A stretch of DNA of 37,250 nucleotides from Chitinophagaceae bacterium. GTDB taxonomy: Bacteria; Bacteroidota; Bacteroidia; Chitinophagales; Chitinophagaceae. The stretch is taken from positions 1-37,250 of the forward strand of contig JALOMP010000001.1 in assembly GCA_025455365.1 (NCBI GenBank), written 5' to 3'. The position numbers were made by a program, and so were the translations under genes. The notes under the pieces are model-generated. The model was not told where the DNA came from. It saw only the letters and a program-made list of their open reading frames with translations, and searched no databases. Numbering within the stretch: position 1 is the stretch's first letter; each line of letters opens with the position of its first letter. Below, one piece after another: positions 9,317 to 18,736 of the stretch.

Positions 9317-9769
9317 ATGATCAGGATTGAATATCCCGAACCTGTTTTCAGGACCCGCACACAATCAGGCAGGGACGAGATTTTTGATCCTGTCCGTAAG
9401 TCATGGGTGCGGCTCACGCCGGAGGAATGGGTACGGCAGCAGATCCTCCGGTGGATGACGGAGGTGCTGGCATACCCGCCGGGAATGATCGCGGTGGAGA
9501 AGGAATTAACGGTAGGGGAGATGAAAAAAAGATTCGACCTGCTGCTGTATGATCCATCGCACAAGCCCTGGATGCTGGTTGAATGCAAGGCACCTTCCGT
9601 GGAACTGACGGAGAAGACGCTGATGCAGGTATTACGGTACAATATGAAAGTACAGGCCGCCTACCTGGTGATTACCAACGGGCATGCTTGCTTTGCCGCC
9701 GATATACGCGCGCAACCCGCCGCATGGATACTGAACATGCCGATGTATCCGGGAAGGGAAAAGGGGTAG
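9317..9769 (+). CDS. Stand-alone type I restriction enzyme HsdR N-terminal domain protein
   Basis: IFDPVRK..VRLTPEEWVRQ, KRFDLL...VECK (PD-(D/E)xK-like), QVLRYN, ITNG. A TTACTTTG box at 9304-9311 precedes it. Confidence 0.85.
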   Translation: MIRIEYPEPVFRTRTQSGRDEIFDPVRKSWVRLTPEEWVRQQILRWMTEVLAYPPGMIAVEKELTVGEMKKRFDLLLYDPSHKPWMLVECKAPSVELTEKTLMQVLRYNMKVQAAYLVITNGHACFAADIRAQPAAWILNMPMYPGREKG

Positions 9770-9808
9770 AGCGAAGTTCATCATACCATCGCCCGCATCG
9801 AAATCAAA

Positions 9809-10366
9809 CTAGCCTCGGTAATCCATGATATGACGGATGTACACGTCCGCTTCGTCGCCGGCCCATTTGCGACAGAGATAGAGCCCCAGGTCGATTGATG
9901 CCGTTACGGCACCTGCGGTGATGCAATCGCCATCTTCCGTAATCCTTTCGTGGGATACGGACCGGCAGTAGGGCGCCAGCGCTTCATATGATTTGAAATG
10001 GGTGGTGGCCGTTTTGTCCTGCAGGAAACCGGCGGCGCCCAGGAGCAGGCTGCCGGTGCAGACAGAAATCTTCAGCGGAACCGGCCCGGCGGTTCGCAAC
10101 CATTGGAGGAAACCTTCGTCGTGTTGAAGGGCCCTGGTACCCTTTCCTCCAGGTACGATGATGGCGTCATAGCCACCAAGGTCTGAACCAACAAGGGTGG
10201 GTTGAACCCTGAGACCACCTTCATCAGCGGCTTCCGGCGTCCATGAACAGATATCCCACTGAAGGTCCGGCCGGTAGCCGGCACTCCTGAGTATGGAAAT
10301 CGGTTCATAGACACCGGCCAGGTCCAGCCAGTTGATGCCGTTGAATATGATGTACGCGATCTTCAT
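9809..10366 (-). CDS. DJ-1/PfpI family protein (isonitrile hydratase-like subgroup)
   Basis: DAIIVPGG, nucleophile elbow SVCTGSLLLGAAG, ATTH, ITAGAVTASIDLGL. Confidence 0.9.
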   Translation of the reverse strand: MKIAYIIFNGINWLDLAGVYEPISILRSAGYRPDLQWDICSWTPEAADEGGLRVQPTLVGSDLGGYDAIIVPGGKGTRALQHDEGFLQWLRTAGPVPLKISVCTGSLLLGAAGFLQDKTATTHFKSYEALAPYCRSVSHERITEDGDCITAGAVTASIDLGLYLCRKWAGDEADVYIRHIMDYRG

Positions 10367-10369
10367 TAA

Positions 10370-11782
10370 CTATGGGAAGATACCCAGTTCGGAATAGCTT
10401 GTGCCTACTTTGTTGATGGCTACTACAAAGGAAGCGGTCCGCATATCCCTGATCTCGGGATTGGCATTCCAGCAGTCCATGATTTCGTGCGTGGCATTGA
10501 TCATGGTTTCTTCCAGGCCGCTTTTCACGAGGTCTTCTTCGTCCGGCCCGTGCAGCATCAGTTCCCGCTGAGTGCCGTGCACCTTTTTGCCGGTCAGTTC
10601 TTCCAGTTGTTCCAGCAGTTTGGCGTTCTGGTTTTCCGTGAATCGCTTATCCAGCCTGCCGTAACGGACATGGCTGAGGTTTTTCAGCCACTCGAAATAG
10701 GAAACGGTTACCCCGCCCGCATTCAGGTACATGTCCGGGATAACAAGGACGCCTTTTTCGATGAACACGTCATCTGCTTCCGGGGTCAGTGGTCCGTTGG
10801 CCGCCTCGCCGATGATTTTTGCTTTCACCCGGGGGGCGTTTTCGCCGTTGATCACGTTTTCCAGCGCGGCGGGGATCAGGATGTCACAATCCAGTTCCAA
10901 TGCTTCTGAGCTGTTGGTGATATTAGTAGCGCCGGGGAAATTCAGGATCGAACCCGTTTGTTTGCGATGGAGCACCACCGCGTCCACATCAAGTCCATTG
11001 GCATTGAATATGGCACCTTCATATTCCGCGAGCCCGGTGATCAGGGCACCGGCTTCTTCGAAGAATTTAGCGGAATGGTAACCCACATTGCCCAGGCCCT
11101 GCACAACCACCCGCTTGCCTTCCACGCCAATAGAGAGGCCGAGTTTTTTCATCACATTTTCCATCTTGCACACTTCACGGATGCCGTAGAAAACGCCAAG
11201 GCCCGTGGCTTCCCGCCGTCCGCGTACACCGCCCTGGGTAATGGGTTTGCCGGTTACACAGGCAGCGGCATCCACTTCGCCGGGATTCAGGGCCGCGTAT
11301 GTGTCGAGTATCCAGGACATCTCCCTTTCGCCCGTGCCGTAGTCCGGTGCGGGTACGTCTTCGCCAGGCCCGATGAAGCGTTTCTTCACGAGTTCACTGG
11401 TATAGCGACGGGTGATCTTTTCAAGGTCGTAGGCCGTGTAGTTCCGCGGGTTGATGGCAATCCCACCCTTGGCGCCGCCGAACGGTACGTTTACGATGGC
11501 GCATTTGTACGTCATCAGCGCGGCCAGCGCCATCACTTCATCCAGGTTCACCATGTCACTGAAGCGGATCCCGCCCTTGCAGGGCAGTTTGTGGTGGGAG
11601 TGCTGAACCCGGTATGCTTTGATCACCTGGATCTTGTCGCCGATCTTAACGGGGAAGTTCAGGCGCAGTACGGAGTTGCACTGTTTTATCTGTTCCAGGG
11701 TTCCGCCGTCAAACTTGGTGAACCTGGCGGCCCTGTCAAAACTTTTACTGACAGCATCGAAGAAACTGTATTCTCCAGACAT
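10370..11782 (-). CDS. gdhA: Glutamate dehydrogenase (Glu/Leu/Phe/Val dehydrogenase family)
   Basis: [57 protein letters not shown]. Confidence 0.93.
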   Translation of the reverse strand: MSGEYSFFDAVSKSFDRAARFTKFDGGTLEQIKQCNSVLRLNFPVKIGDKIQVIKAYRVQHSHHKLPCKGGIRFSDMVNLDEVMALAALMTYKCAIVNVPFGGAKGGIAINPRNYTAYDLEKITRRYTSELVKKRFIGPGEDVPAPDYGTGEREMSWILDTYAALNPGEVDAAACVTGKPITQGGVRGRREATGLGVFYGIREVCKMENVMKKLGLSIGVEGKRVVVQGLGNVGYHSAKFFEEAGALITGLAEYEGAIFNANGLDVDAVVLHRKQTGSILNFPGATNITNSSEALELDCDILIPAALENVINGENAPRVKAKIIGEAANGPLTPEADDVFIEKGVLVIPDMYLNAGGVTVSYFEWLKNLSHVRYGRLDKRFTENQNAKLLEQLEELTGKKVHGTQRELMLHGPDEEDLVKSGLEETMINATHEIMDCWNANPEIRDMRTASFVVAINKVGTSYSELGIFP

Positions 11783-11838
11783 AAATAGGGGATTTAATGA
11801 AGGTTTTCAATATGCAAGCAAAAAATATTATAGCAATT

Positions 11839-12069
11839 CTACAGGCTTTCTTTTTCGAGCTTCGACACTTTCCGGTCTATCCGCACCAGGTACAGGATGA
11901 TCCCTGCCAGGATGGTCAGGATGACGGCCACCACTACATAGATTTTACCGTTCTGGCGCATCGCATCGGCCATCTCAACGGGACCTTGTCCCGCATCCTG
12001 AGCCCCGGCCAGGAGCAGGCAAAAGCTGAATGCCATGGTAAAAATAAAACGCAGGGTTCTTTTATTCAT
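11839..12069 (-). CDS. ccmD: CcmD family small membrane protein (Bacteroidota type)
   Basis: 'MRQNGKIYVVVAVILTILAGIILYLVRIDRKVSKLEKE'; overlaps the end of ccmC by 8 nt. Confidence 0.8.
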   Translation of the reverse strand: MNKRTLRFIFTMAFSFCLLLAGAQDAGQGPVEMADAMRQNGKIYVVVAVILTILAGIILYLVRIDRKVSKLEKESL

Positions 12070-12757
12070 GTAACCATTTTTTTTCGGTGATCAGGCCGAT
12101 GCGGATGTTCAGGGTGGAAATCCATACGCCCAGCAACGTCCACCCGATCACGGCAGGATAAAAGACCATCCGCATCCGTGCGTCTATGTCGTTGAAGTTC
12201 AATGCCGGGTTGCCTTCCTGCCCGGGATGCAGGCTGGGCAGCAGCCGGGGGACAATCCAGATGGACGGAAACAGCATCGCGTAGGCGAAAATGTTATATA
12301 CCGCACCCACTTTGGCCCTTTTATCCATATCGGTGATGGAACTGCGCAGGACGAAATAGGCGAAATAAATCAGGATGGCGATGGCGGCCCCGATCAGTTT
12401 CGGTTCCCGCGCGATCGTGCCGAAGGATGCATAGGCGGGGTTATTGGGATCGGCCCAGGTATAACTGGCCCAGATGGCCCCGGTGGAATATCCCAGCAGT
12501 CCCATCACAAGCCCGGTTACGGCGAAGGCCCGGCTGTACAGATCGAAGCGGTAATCCAGGGTGCGCAGGTAGCGGACACTGTAAACCATCGAAACGGTGA
12601 ACAGGATCATCATGGCAAACCACATACACACGTGGTAGTAGAGGTTCCGGATGGTTTCCTCCAGTTGCCTTAAGGCCGGCACCGGCAGGAGCAATCCGCC
12701 AACGACCGCATAGACCAACAGGATCACACAGGCTATTTTCCACCAGGATTTACGCAT
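12062..12757 (-). CDS. ccmC: Cytochrome c biogenesis heme-delivery protein CcmC
   Basis: RNLYYHV, TGAIWASYTW (tryptophan-rich motif), REPKL, SLHP. ATG 12757 (MRKSWWK) preferred over TTG 12781. Confidence 0.88.
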   Translation of the reverse strand: MRKSWWKIACVILLVYAVVGGLLLPVPALRQLEETIRNLYYHVCMWFAMMILFTVSMVYSVRYLRTLDYRFDLYSRAFAVTGLVMGLLGYSTGAIWASYTWADPNNPAYASFGTIAREPKLIGAAIAILIYFAYFVLRSSITDMDKRAKVGAVYNIFAYAMLFPSIWIVPRLLPSLHPGQEGNPALNFNDIDARMRMVFYPAVIGWTLLGVWISTLNIRIGLITEKKWLHE

Positions 12758-12846
12758 AACAGAATGGGGCAGGCCGGGCAAATCGCAAATGTTCTTTCGG
12801 AAGGAGGGAGGATCACATCCGGTTGGCCAGCCATGATTTAGTGCGG

Positions 12847-12854
12847 CAAATTTA
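12847..12854 (-). promoter_or_regulatory. -7 box (TAAATTTG) for ccmC-ccmD
   Basis: Exact TAnnTTTG on the minus strand in the ccmB-ccmC gap. Confidence 0.6.
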
Positions 12855-12865
12855 GCGGGTTCGGC

Positions 12866-13519
12866 CTAATCTTTCCACAAAAATGGAAATAAAATAAGGG
12901 CCAGGACCACCACGGAAGCATCCAGCGCCAGCAGGAGCCCCACCACCTGCAGGGGTACACCCGCCTGGAAGGTTTCCGCAAAAGCCAGTTTGGACAGGCG
13001 GATCAGCAGCAGCAGTTGGGGAATGATCACGGGAAAGCCGAGGATGGCCATCAGCGACGCCTGTTGCATGGCTTTAGACGCAATGGCCGCCAGCATGGTA
13101 AATACCAGGCTCAGCCCAATACTACCCAGGAAACTGATGGCGATAAAAATGTCCAGCCGGAAACTGGGGTCCCCCATAAAAGCAATGTACAGGATGAGGG
13201 TCAGGAAATTCAACAGGGACATCAGGACCAGGTTATACAGGATTTTAGACAGGATATAGGCCGTGGGACTGGTGACCGTGTAGTAATAGAGCATCCTGCC
13301 CCTGGAGTCCTGCAGGAAACTTTTGGCCACGGCATTGATACACACGAACAACTGCATCACCCAGAACAGGGCATTCCAGGTGTCCGGCTCGGTCTGGCCT
13401 ACGGACAGGAAGAGGACGAAGACGGTGGAGACGATATACAGCAATACCCCATACACGGCATACTGTTGCCGGAGTTCAAGCAAGAGGTCCTTGCGAAAGA
13501 GCGTGAGCACGTTGCGCAT
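12866..13519 (-). CDS. ccmB: Heme exporter protein CcmB
   Basis: KDLLLELR, about six TM segments, LMAILGFPVIIP, LFPFLW. Coupled to tdk by a TGATG overlap. Confidence 0.88.
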   Translation of the reverse strand: MRNVLTLFRKDLLLELRQQYAVYGVLLYIVSTVFVLFLSVGQTEPDTWNALFWVMQLFVCINAVAKSFLQDSRGRMLYYYTVTSPTAYILSKILYNLVLMSLLNFLTLILYIAFMGDPSFRLDIFIAISFLGSIGLSLVFTMLAAIASKAMQQASLMAILGFPVIIPQLLLLIRLSKLAFAETFQAGVPLQVVGLLLALDASVVVLALILFPFLWKD

Positions 13520-14091
13520 CAACTGTCTCCTTTTTTAAAACATTTCCGGCAGCGGGCTTCATAGAGGTCCTGTTCGCCCAGCATGAGCAGCTTGTCCCGG
13601 GATGATTTCCGGTATGAGTAGTTTGCGATGGCCCCGCACTGGACGCAGATGGCATGGAGCTTGGTGATATAGTCGGCAATGGCCAGGAGATCCGGCATGG
13701 GCCCGAAGGGTTTTCCGGTATAATCCATGTCAAGACCCGCAACGATCACCCGGACGCCTTTGGAAGCCAGTATTTCAGCCACCTCGAGGATGTCCGGATC
13801 AAAAAATTGAGCCTCATCGATTCCCACTACGTCAACGCCCTCCGCCATCAGCAGGATATTGCGGCTATGGGTTACCGGGGTAGAAGCGATGGAACTCTCA
13901 TCGTGCGAAACGATATTGGATTCATGGTACCGGTTATCGATCTCGGGCTTGAAAATTTCCACGCTCAGGTTGGCAATCCTTGCCCTTCGCAAACGCCTGA
14001 TCAGTTCTTCCGTCTTGCCGGAAAACATGGACCCGCAGATCACTTCGATCCAGCCTCCGGAGCCGTTGCGCGTATTGGGTTCAATAAACAT
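13519..14091 (-). CDS. tdk: Thymidine kinase
   Basis: [27 protein letters not shown], zinc-binding CVQC...CRKC. Confidence 0.97.
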   Translation of the reverse strand: MFIEPNTRNGSGGWIEVICGSMFSGKTEELIRRLRRARIANLSVEIFKPEIDNRYHESNIVSHDESSIASTPVTHSRNILLMAEGVDVVGIDEAQFFDPDILEVAEILASKGVRVIVAGLDMDYTGKPFGPMPDLLAIADYITKLHAICVQCGAIANYSYRKSSRDKLLMLGEQDLYEARCRKCFKKGDS

Positions 14092-14116
14092 CGGGAATGA
14101 ATTCTTGAAACGTTTG

Positions 14117-14154
14117 TACCTTTGCGGGGTACAGGTACACCGGGATCAAAAGTA
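14117..14154. promoter_or_regulatory. Pair of oppositely oriented -7 boxes (tdk and hypothetical gene)
   Basis: TACCTTTG on + at 14117-14124; TACTTTTG on - at 14154-14147. Confidence 0.6.
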
Positions 14155-14164
14155 CCACATTACT

Positions 14165-14941
14165 ATGGAAAGAGCCGAGGTTTTGCTGGAAAAACTGAAA
14201 AGCCAGCTGAGGGAAAAAGCGGGTAGAGACCAGTTACTGCTGACCCTCCGACTCTTATATGAAGAGATCATGGCGTCTCCGGTAACAGGGCGCCAGCCCT
14301 CGTCCGGAAAAGTTTCCGTTATCCTGCCTACCACTCCCTCCTTTGTCTTCCCGGATCCATCGCCGTTTCCCGCAGAGGAGAAAATCGTTGAAACCCTGCA
14401 GGTGGACGAGGCGGAAATTGAAGCGGAACTGAGGGCGATCAAAGAAAGCGCTGAATTGAAAAACGAGCTCAGCATCAAGGCTCGCGCAATCCCAGTGGAC
14501 ACGAACGACCGGGCTGAGGAGATTCCCACCCTTGCTTCGCACATGCCTTACCTGCCTGCAGACGCGCATATGCCCGCGAAGGAAGACCGCCCGGAACCGC
14601 CGCCCCAAAAAACGGAGACCTTGAATTTCCCCGCCCAGGAACCTTCCCTGAACGACAGGCTCCGGGCCGCGCAGAAAGTACTCGCGGAACAATTGCAGGA
14701 AGCCCCGGTAAAGGATATCCGAAAAGCCATCGGCATCAACGACCGCTACCTCTTTATCAACGAACTGTTCCAGGGCAATGAAGCCATGTTTGAGCGGAGC
14801 CTTAAGACCCTGAACGCCTTTACCATTCTTCCGGAGGCGGAGTTCTGGATGCAACGCGAACTACAGGTTAAACTGGGATGGAAGGACGATGAACCCCTGG
14901 TGCAGCAATTCATTCAGCTCATCAAAAGGCGTTTCTCCTGA
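14165..14941 (+). CDS. Hypothetical protein (Bacteroidota-type C-terminal helical domain, Pro/Glu-rich linker)
   Basis: ATG 14165 (MERAEVLLEKL) follows a -7 box. The C-terminal 'IRKAIGINDRYLFINELF.G' segment resembles a conserved Bacteroidota hypothetical family. The ORF-track extension to 13859 is antisense to tdk. Confidence 0.75.
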   Translation: MERAEVLLEKLKSQLREKAGRDQLLLTLRLLYEEIMASPVTGRQPSSGKVSVILPTTPSFVFPDPSPFPAEEKIVETLQVDEAEIEAELRAIKESAELKNELSIKARAIPVDTNDRAEEIPTLASHMPYLPADAHMPAKEDRPEPPPQKTETLNFPAQEPSLNDRLRAAQKVLAEQLQEAPVKDIRKAIGINDRYLFINELFQGNEAMFERSLKTLNAFTILPEAEFWMQRELQVKLGWKDDEPLVQQFIQLIKRRFS

Positions 14942-16179
14942 ATATAGGCAAGGATGGAAGCCGTGGCGCCGGCCTGTTCCCGTACATAAGCGTCACAGAC
15001 ATGGCCGGCCTTTTTCCGCATTTGCTCATCAGACCAGAGTTCTTCCACCAGGCTTTCGAATTCCAGCGCGCTCTGGATCGAAAACGCGCCGCCGGCGGCC
15101 AGCAATTGACGGGCTTCCCTTGACTTTTCATGCACCGGTCCGAAGATGACCGGTTTACCATACACCGCCGCTTCCAGTATATTATGGATGCCCGCACCGC
15201 CAAAGCCGCCGCCCACATACGTGATATCCGCGTAGGCATAGAGCTTCGAAAGCATGCCCATGTTGTCCATGATCAGCACGTTTTTGTCCTCATGGCCCGC
15301 GGCGGCCTGGCCGGGGTTGGACAGCCTGCTGTACCGGATCGAGGCGGCATACCTTTTTTCGATGTCTGCCAGGTGCGCTTCATCGATTTCATGCGGGGCG
15401 ATGACAAACCGCATGTCCTGCCTGGTTCGGGCATAGTGTGCGATCACCTCTTCATCTTCCGGCCAGGTGCTACCGGCTACCAGTACACGATGACCGCGAC
15501 AGAAATCGCGGACAGCCGGTATATCCTCCCATTTTTCCCGCACGGCAATGACCCGGTCGAAACGGGTATCCCCGGAAACGGTCAGCCGGTCACCAAAGCC
15601 GGCTTCCCGCATCAGCGCCGCCGAAGCGTCGTCCTGGACAAAAATATGGGTGAAGCAGGACAGCATCCCGCGCCAGAATCCTCCCCAGGGTTTGAAGAAT
15701 GGTTGCGATGGCCGGAAGATGGCTGAGATGATCAGGGTCGGTGTGTTTCGCTTTTTCAGGGCTTGCAGGTAGTGATGCCAGAACTCATATTTTACAAAGA
15801 TGGCCAGGTCCGGATCTATGATCTGTATGAATTGCCGGGCGTTTTCCCTGCTGTCCATGGGAAGGTAGCAAACCAGGTTGGCACCCTCGTAGTGCTTGCG
15901 GATTTCGTAGCCGGAAGGAGAGAAGAAACTGAGCACTAGCTGCGCGTCCGGGTAATTTTTTCTGATGGATTCCAGTACGGGTCTTCCCTGTTCAAATTCG
16001 CCCAGGGACGCGCAGTGCATCCATACCCGGGGATGTCCCTTACCCTCCAGGGCCTGCTTCAGCTGTGGGAACAGGTTCTTCCGTCCGTCCACCCAGAGCC
16101 TTGCTTTGGGGTTCCAGAACGATACCATGCGGATACCCGCCTCGTAAACCCGCAGTCCCATGTCGTACAGAAAACGCAT
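14914..16179 (-). CDS. waaA: 3-deoxy-D-manno-octulosonic acid (Kdo) transferase
   Basis: WMHCASLGEFEQ, FFSPSGYE, YLPMD, KYEFW, GDTRFDRV, AGSTW, HNILEAAVYGKPVIFGP. Confidence 0.95.
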   Translation of the reverse strand: MRFLYDMGLRVYEAGIRMVSFWNPKARLWVDGRKNLFPQLKQALEGKGHPRVWMHCASLGEFEQGRPVLESIRKNYPDAQLVLSFFSPSGYEIRKHYEGANLVCYLPMDSRENARQFIQIIDPDLAIFVKYEFWHHYLQALKKRNTPTLIISAIFRPSQPFFKPWGGFWRGMLSCFTHIFVQDDASAALMREAGFGDRLTVSGDTRFDRVIAVREKWEDIPAVRDFCRGHRVLVAGSTWPEDEEVIAHYARTRQDMRFVIAPHEIDEAHLADIEKRYAASIRYSRLSNPGQAAAGHEDKNVLIMDNMGMLSKLYAYADITYVGGGFGGAGIHNILEAAVYGKPVIFGPVHEKSREARQLLAAGGAFSIQSALEFESLVEELWSDEQMRKKAGHVCDAYVREQAGATASILAYIQEKRLLMS

Positions 16180-16204
16180 GCAGGAAAATGGTTTGATAAC
16201 GATG

Positions 16205-16251
16205 CAAATCTATATCCTTCAACCATGCTTGTGCTTATTTTATTACTTTTG
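16205..16251. promoter_or_regulatory. Back-to-back -7 boxes for waaA and the nucleotide-sugar operon
   Basis: TAGATTTG on - at 16212-16205; TACTTTTG on + at 16244-16251. Confidence 0.65.
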
Positions 16252-16273
16252 TTGCCTTTATAAACCGGTTTTC

Positions 16274-17404
16274 ATGCACCCTATCCAGATGGTGGACCTC
16301 AAAAGGCAGTACCACCACATTAAATCAGAGATCGATAAGGCCGTCCTGGATGTCCTGGAAAGTTCCGCGTTCATCAACGGCAAGCCCGTCCAGGATTTCG
16401 CCGATAACCTGGCCCGCTATACCGGTACCCGGTATGTTATTCCCTGTGCCAATGGTACGGATGCCCTCCAGATCGCGATGATGGCATTGGGTCTTAAACC
16501 CGGTGATGAAGTGATCACCCCTTCCTTTACCTATATCGCCACCACCGAAGTGGTAGCCCTGCTGGGGCTGAAACCCGTATTTGTGGAAGTAGATGCCCGG
16601 ACTTTTTGCATGGATCCGGTTGCCCTCGAGAAGGCCATTACGCCCCGTACCCGGGCCATTGTTCCCGTGCACCTGTACGGGCAATCAGCCCCGATGCAGG
16701 AAATCCTGGACATCGCCGGTGCCCACGGGCTGTTTGTGATTGAAGACAATGCACAGGCTATCGGGGCCGACTACACGATGAAAGACGGCTCCGTGCGCAA
16801 GACGGGCACCCTGGGCACCATTGGCACCACCTCTTTTTTCCCTTCGAAGAACCTGGGTGGTTATGGCGATGGGGGGGCTATTTTCACGCAGGATGAAGCC
16901 CTGGCATCCACCATCCGCATGATTGCGAACCACGGTCAAAGCAAGCGCTATTACCACGACCTGGTGGGATGCAATTCCCGCCTGGACACCCTGCAGGCGG
17001 CGATCCTGGACATCAAACTCAGGAGGCTCGACCAGTACAATGAAGCAAGACGATCCGTAGCGGCCTGTTATAACGAGGCCTTTGCGGGAATAGACGGTGT
17101 TCAAACGCCCTTCGTAGCGCCTGGGAATACACATGTTTACCACCAGTATACCCTGGTGTTGGAAGGCATCGACCGGGATGGCCTGCACCAGCACCTGGCC
17201 GAGCACCAGGTGCCTTCGATGATCTACTATCCGGTTCCGGCACACCGTCAGAAGATGTTCGCGTCCTTTGGCGCTGCTGACACGATACTGCCCGTGACCG
17301 ACTGGCTAACGGAACGGGTGATATCCCTTCCTATCCATACCGAGATGGACCAGGACCAGCTGGACCATATCATCCATCAAGTGCTCACATTCATTCGTAA
17401 ATAA
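16274..17404 (+). CDS. DegT/DnrJ/EryC1/StrS family PLP sugar aminotransferase
   Basis: ANGTDAL, VHLYGQ, IEDNAQAIG, SFFPSKNLGGYGDGG (PLP lysine), NSRLD. Start moved to ATG 16274 (MHPIQMVDL). Confidence 0.93.
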   Translation: MHPIQMVDLKRQYHHIKSEIDKAVLDVLESSAFINGKPVQDFADNLARYTGTRYVIPCANGTDALQIAMMALGLKPGDEVITPSFTYIATTEVVALLGLKPVFVEVDARTFCMDPVALEKAITPRTRAIVPVHLYGQSAPMQEILDIAGAHGLFVIEDNAQAIGADYTMKDGSVRKTGTLGTIGTTSFFPSKNLGGYGDGGAIFTQDEALASTIRMIANHGQSKRYYHDLVGCNSRLDTLQAAILDIKLRRLDQYNEARRSVAACYNEAFAGIDGVQTPFVAPGNTHVYHQYTLVLEGIDRDGLHQHLAEHQVPSMIYYPVPAHRQKMFASFGAADTILPVTDWLTERVISLPIHTEMDQDQLDHIIHQVLTFIRK

Positions 17405-17413
17405 TCTCTCTGT

Positions 17414-18724
17414 ATGAAAATTGCTGTAGTCGGTACAGGTTATGTAGGATTGGTAACCGGAACCTGTTTCGCGGAAACGGGCAACCAGGTTACCTGTGTG
17501 GATATCGACAGTTCCAAAGTGGAAAAGCTGACCAATGGCCAGATTACCATCTTTGAGCCCGGACTTGAAAAGATTTTTCTGCGCAACCTTAAGGAAGGCA
17601 GGCTTGGTTTCACCACCAACCTGGCAGCGGGCATCGAAGGGGCATCCGCCATCTTCCTGGCCCTGCCTACCCCGCCAGGGGAGGACGGCTCCGCAGACCT
17701 TAAGTATGTTTTGGGGGTAGCCCGGGACCTGGGTAAACTCCTCAAGGGATATACCGTGATCGTGGACAAAAGCACCGTGCCGGTTGGTACCGCTGAAAAA
17801 GTGCGTGCCGCCGTCGCTGAAAATTATACGGGCGAATTTGATGTCGTTTCCAATCCGGAATTCCTGCGCGAAGGCGTGGCCGTGGATGATTTCATGAAGC
17901 CCGACCGTGTGGTTATCGGCACCCATTCAGACCGTGCCCGCAAGGTGATGGGCGAGCTGTTCTCACCATTTGTGCGTTCGGGGAATCCCATTATCTATAT
18001 GGATGAACGCTCGGCGGAACTGACCAAATATGCGGCGAACGCATTCCTGGCCACCAAGATTACGTTCATGAACGAGATCGCCCAGCTCTGCGAGCGACTG
18101 GGAGCGGATGTGGACATGGTCCGGCTCGGTATCGGCAGTGATGATCGCATCGGGAAGCGTTTCCTCTTCCCGGGTATCGGCTATGGGGGAAGCTGCTTCC
18201 CCAAGGATGTTCAGGCCCTGGTGAAAAGCGCCAATGAGGTGGAATACGATTTTCGGATACTCGATGCCGTGATGGACGTGAATGAACGCCAGAAGCTCCA
18301 CCTGGTTCCTAAAATCAGGCGTTTTTTCAATGGCGACCTGAAAGGAAGACATTTCGCGCTCTGGGGACTGGCTTTCAAGCCCAATACCGATGACATCCGC
18401 GAAGCACCGGCCCTGTATATGATTGAAACACTGCTGGACGAGGGAGCAACGGTAACGGCTTTTGACCCCGAAGCCATGGGCAACGTGAAAGCGCTGCTGG
18501 GCGACAGGATCCAATTTGCCAGCAACCCCTATGACGCGCTTATGGACGCCGATGCACTCATCATCGCCACCGAATGGAATGAATTCAGGACACCTGATTT
18601 CTCGCGGATGGCGGGCATGGTGAAAAGCAAAGCCATTTTCGACGGTCGCAATCTTTTTGACGTGCAGGCGGTGAAGCGGCTTGGATTCCATTATGAAAGC
18701 ATCGGTCGCCCGTCGGATCGTTAA
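17414..18724 (+). CDS. ugd: UDP-glucose 6-dehydrogenase
   Basis: GTGYVGL, KSTVPVGT, SNPEFLREG, GYGGSCFPKD, GLAFKPNTDDIRE, DGRN. Confidence 0.95.
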   Translation: MKIAVVGTGYVGLVTGTCFAETGNQVTCVDIDSSKVEKLTNGQITIFEPGLEKIFLRNLKEGRLGFTTNLAAGIEGASAIFLALPTPPGEDGSADLKYVLGVARDLGKLLKGYTVIVDKSTVPVGTAEKVRAAVAENYTGEFDVVSNPEFLREGVAVDDFMKPDRVVIGTHSDRARKVMGELFSPFVRSGNPIIYMDERSAELTKYAANAFLATKITFMNEIAQLCERLGADVDMVRLGIGSDDRIGKRFLFPGIGYGGSCFPKDVQALVKSANEVEYDFRILDAVMDVNERQKLHLVPKIRRFFNGDLKGRHFALWGLAFKPNTDDIREAPALYMIETLLDEGATVTAFDPEAMGNVKALLGDRIQFASNPYDALMDADALIIATEWNEFRTPDFSRMAGMVKSKAIFDGRNLFDVQAVKRLGFHYESIGRPSDR

Positions 18725-18736
18725 ATACCCCATCAC

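Noticed and set aside
9317-9769. Type I restriction-modification or anti-phage system
   Set aside because: Only the small N-terminal domain is present; no hsdM, hsdS, helicase or other defence genes nearby.
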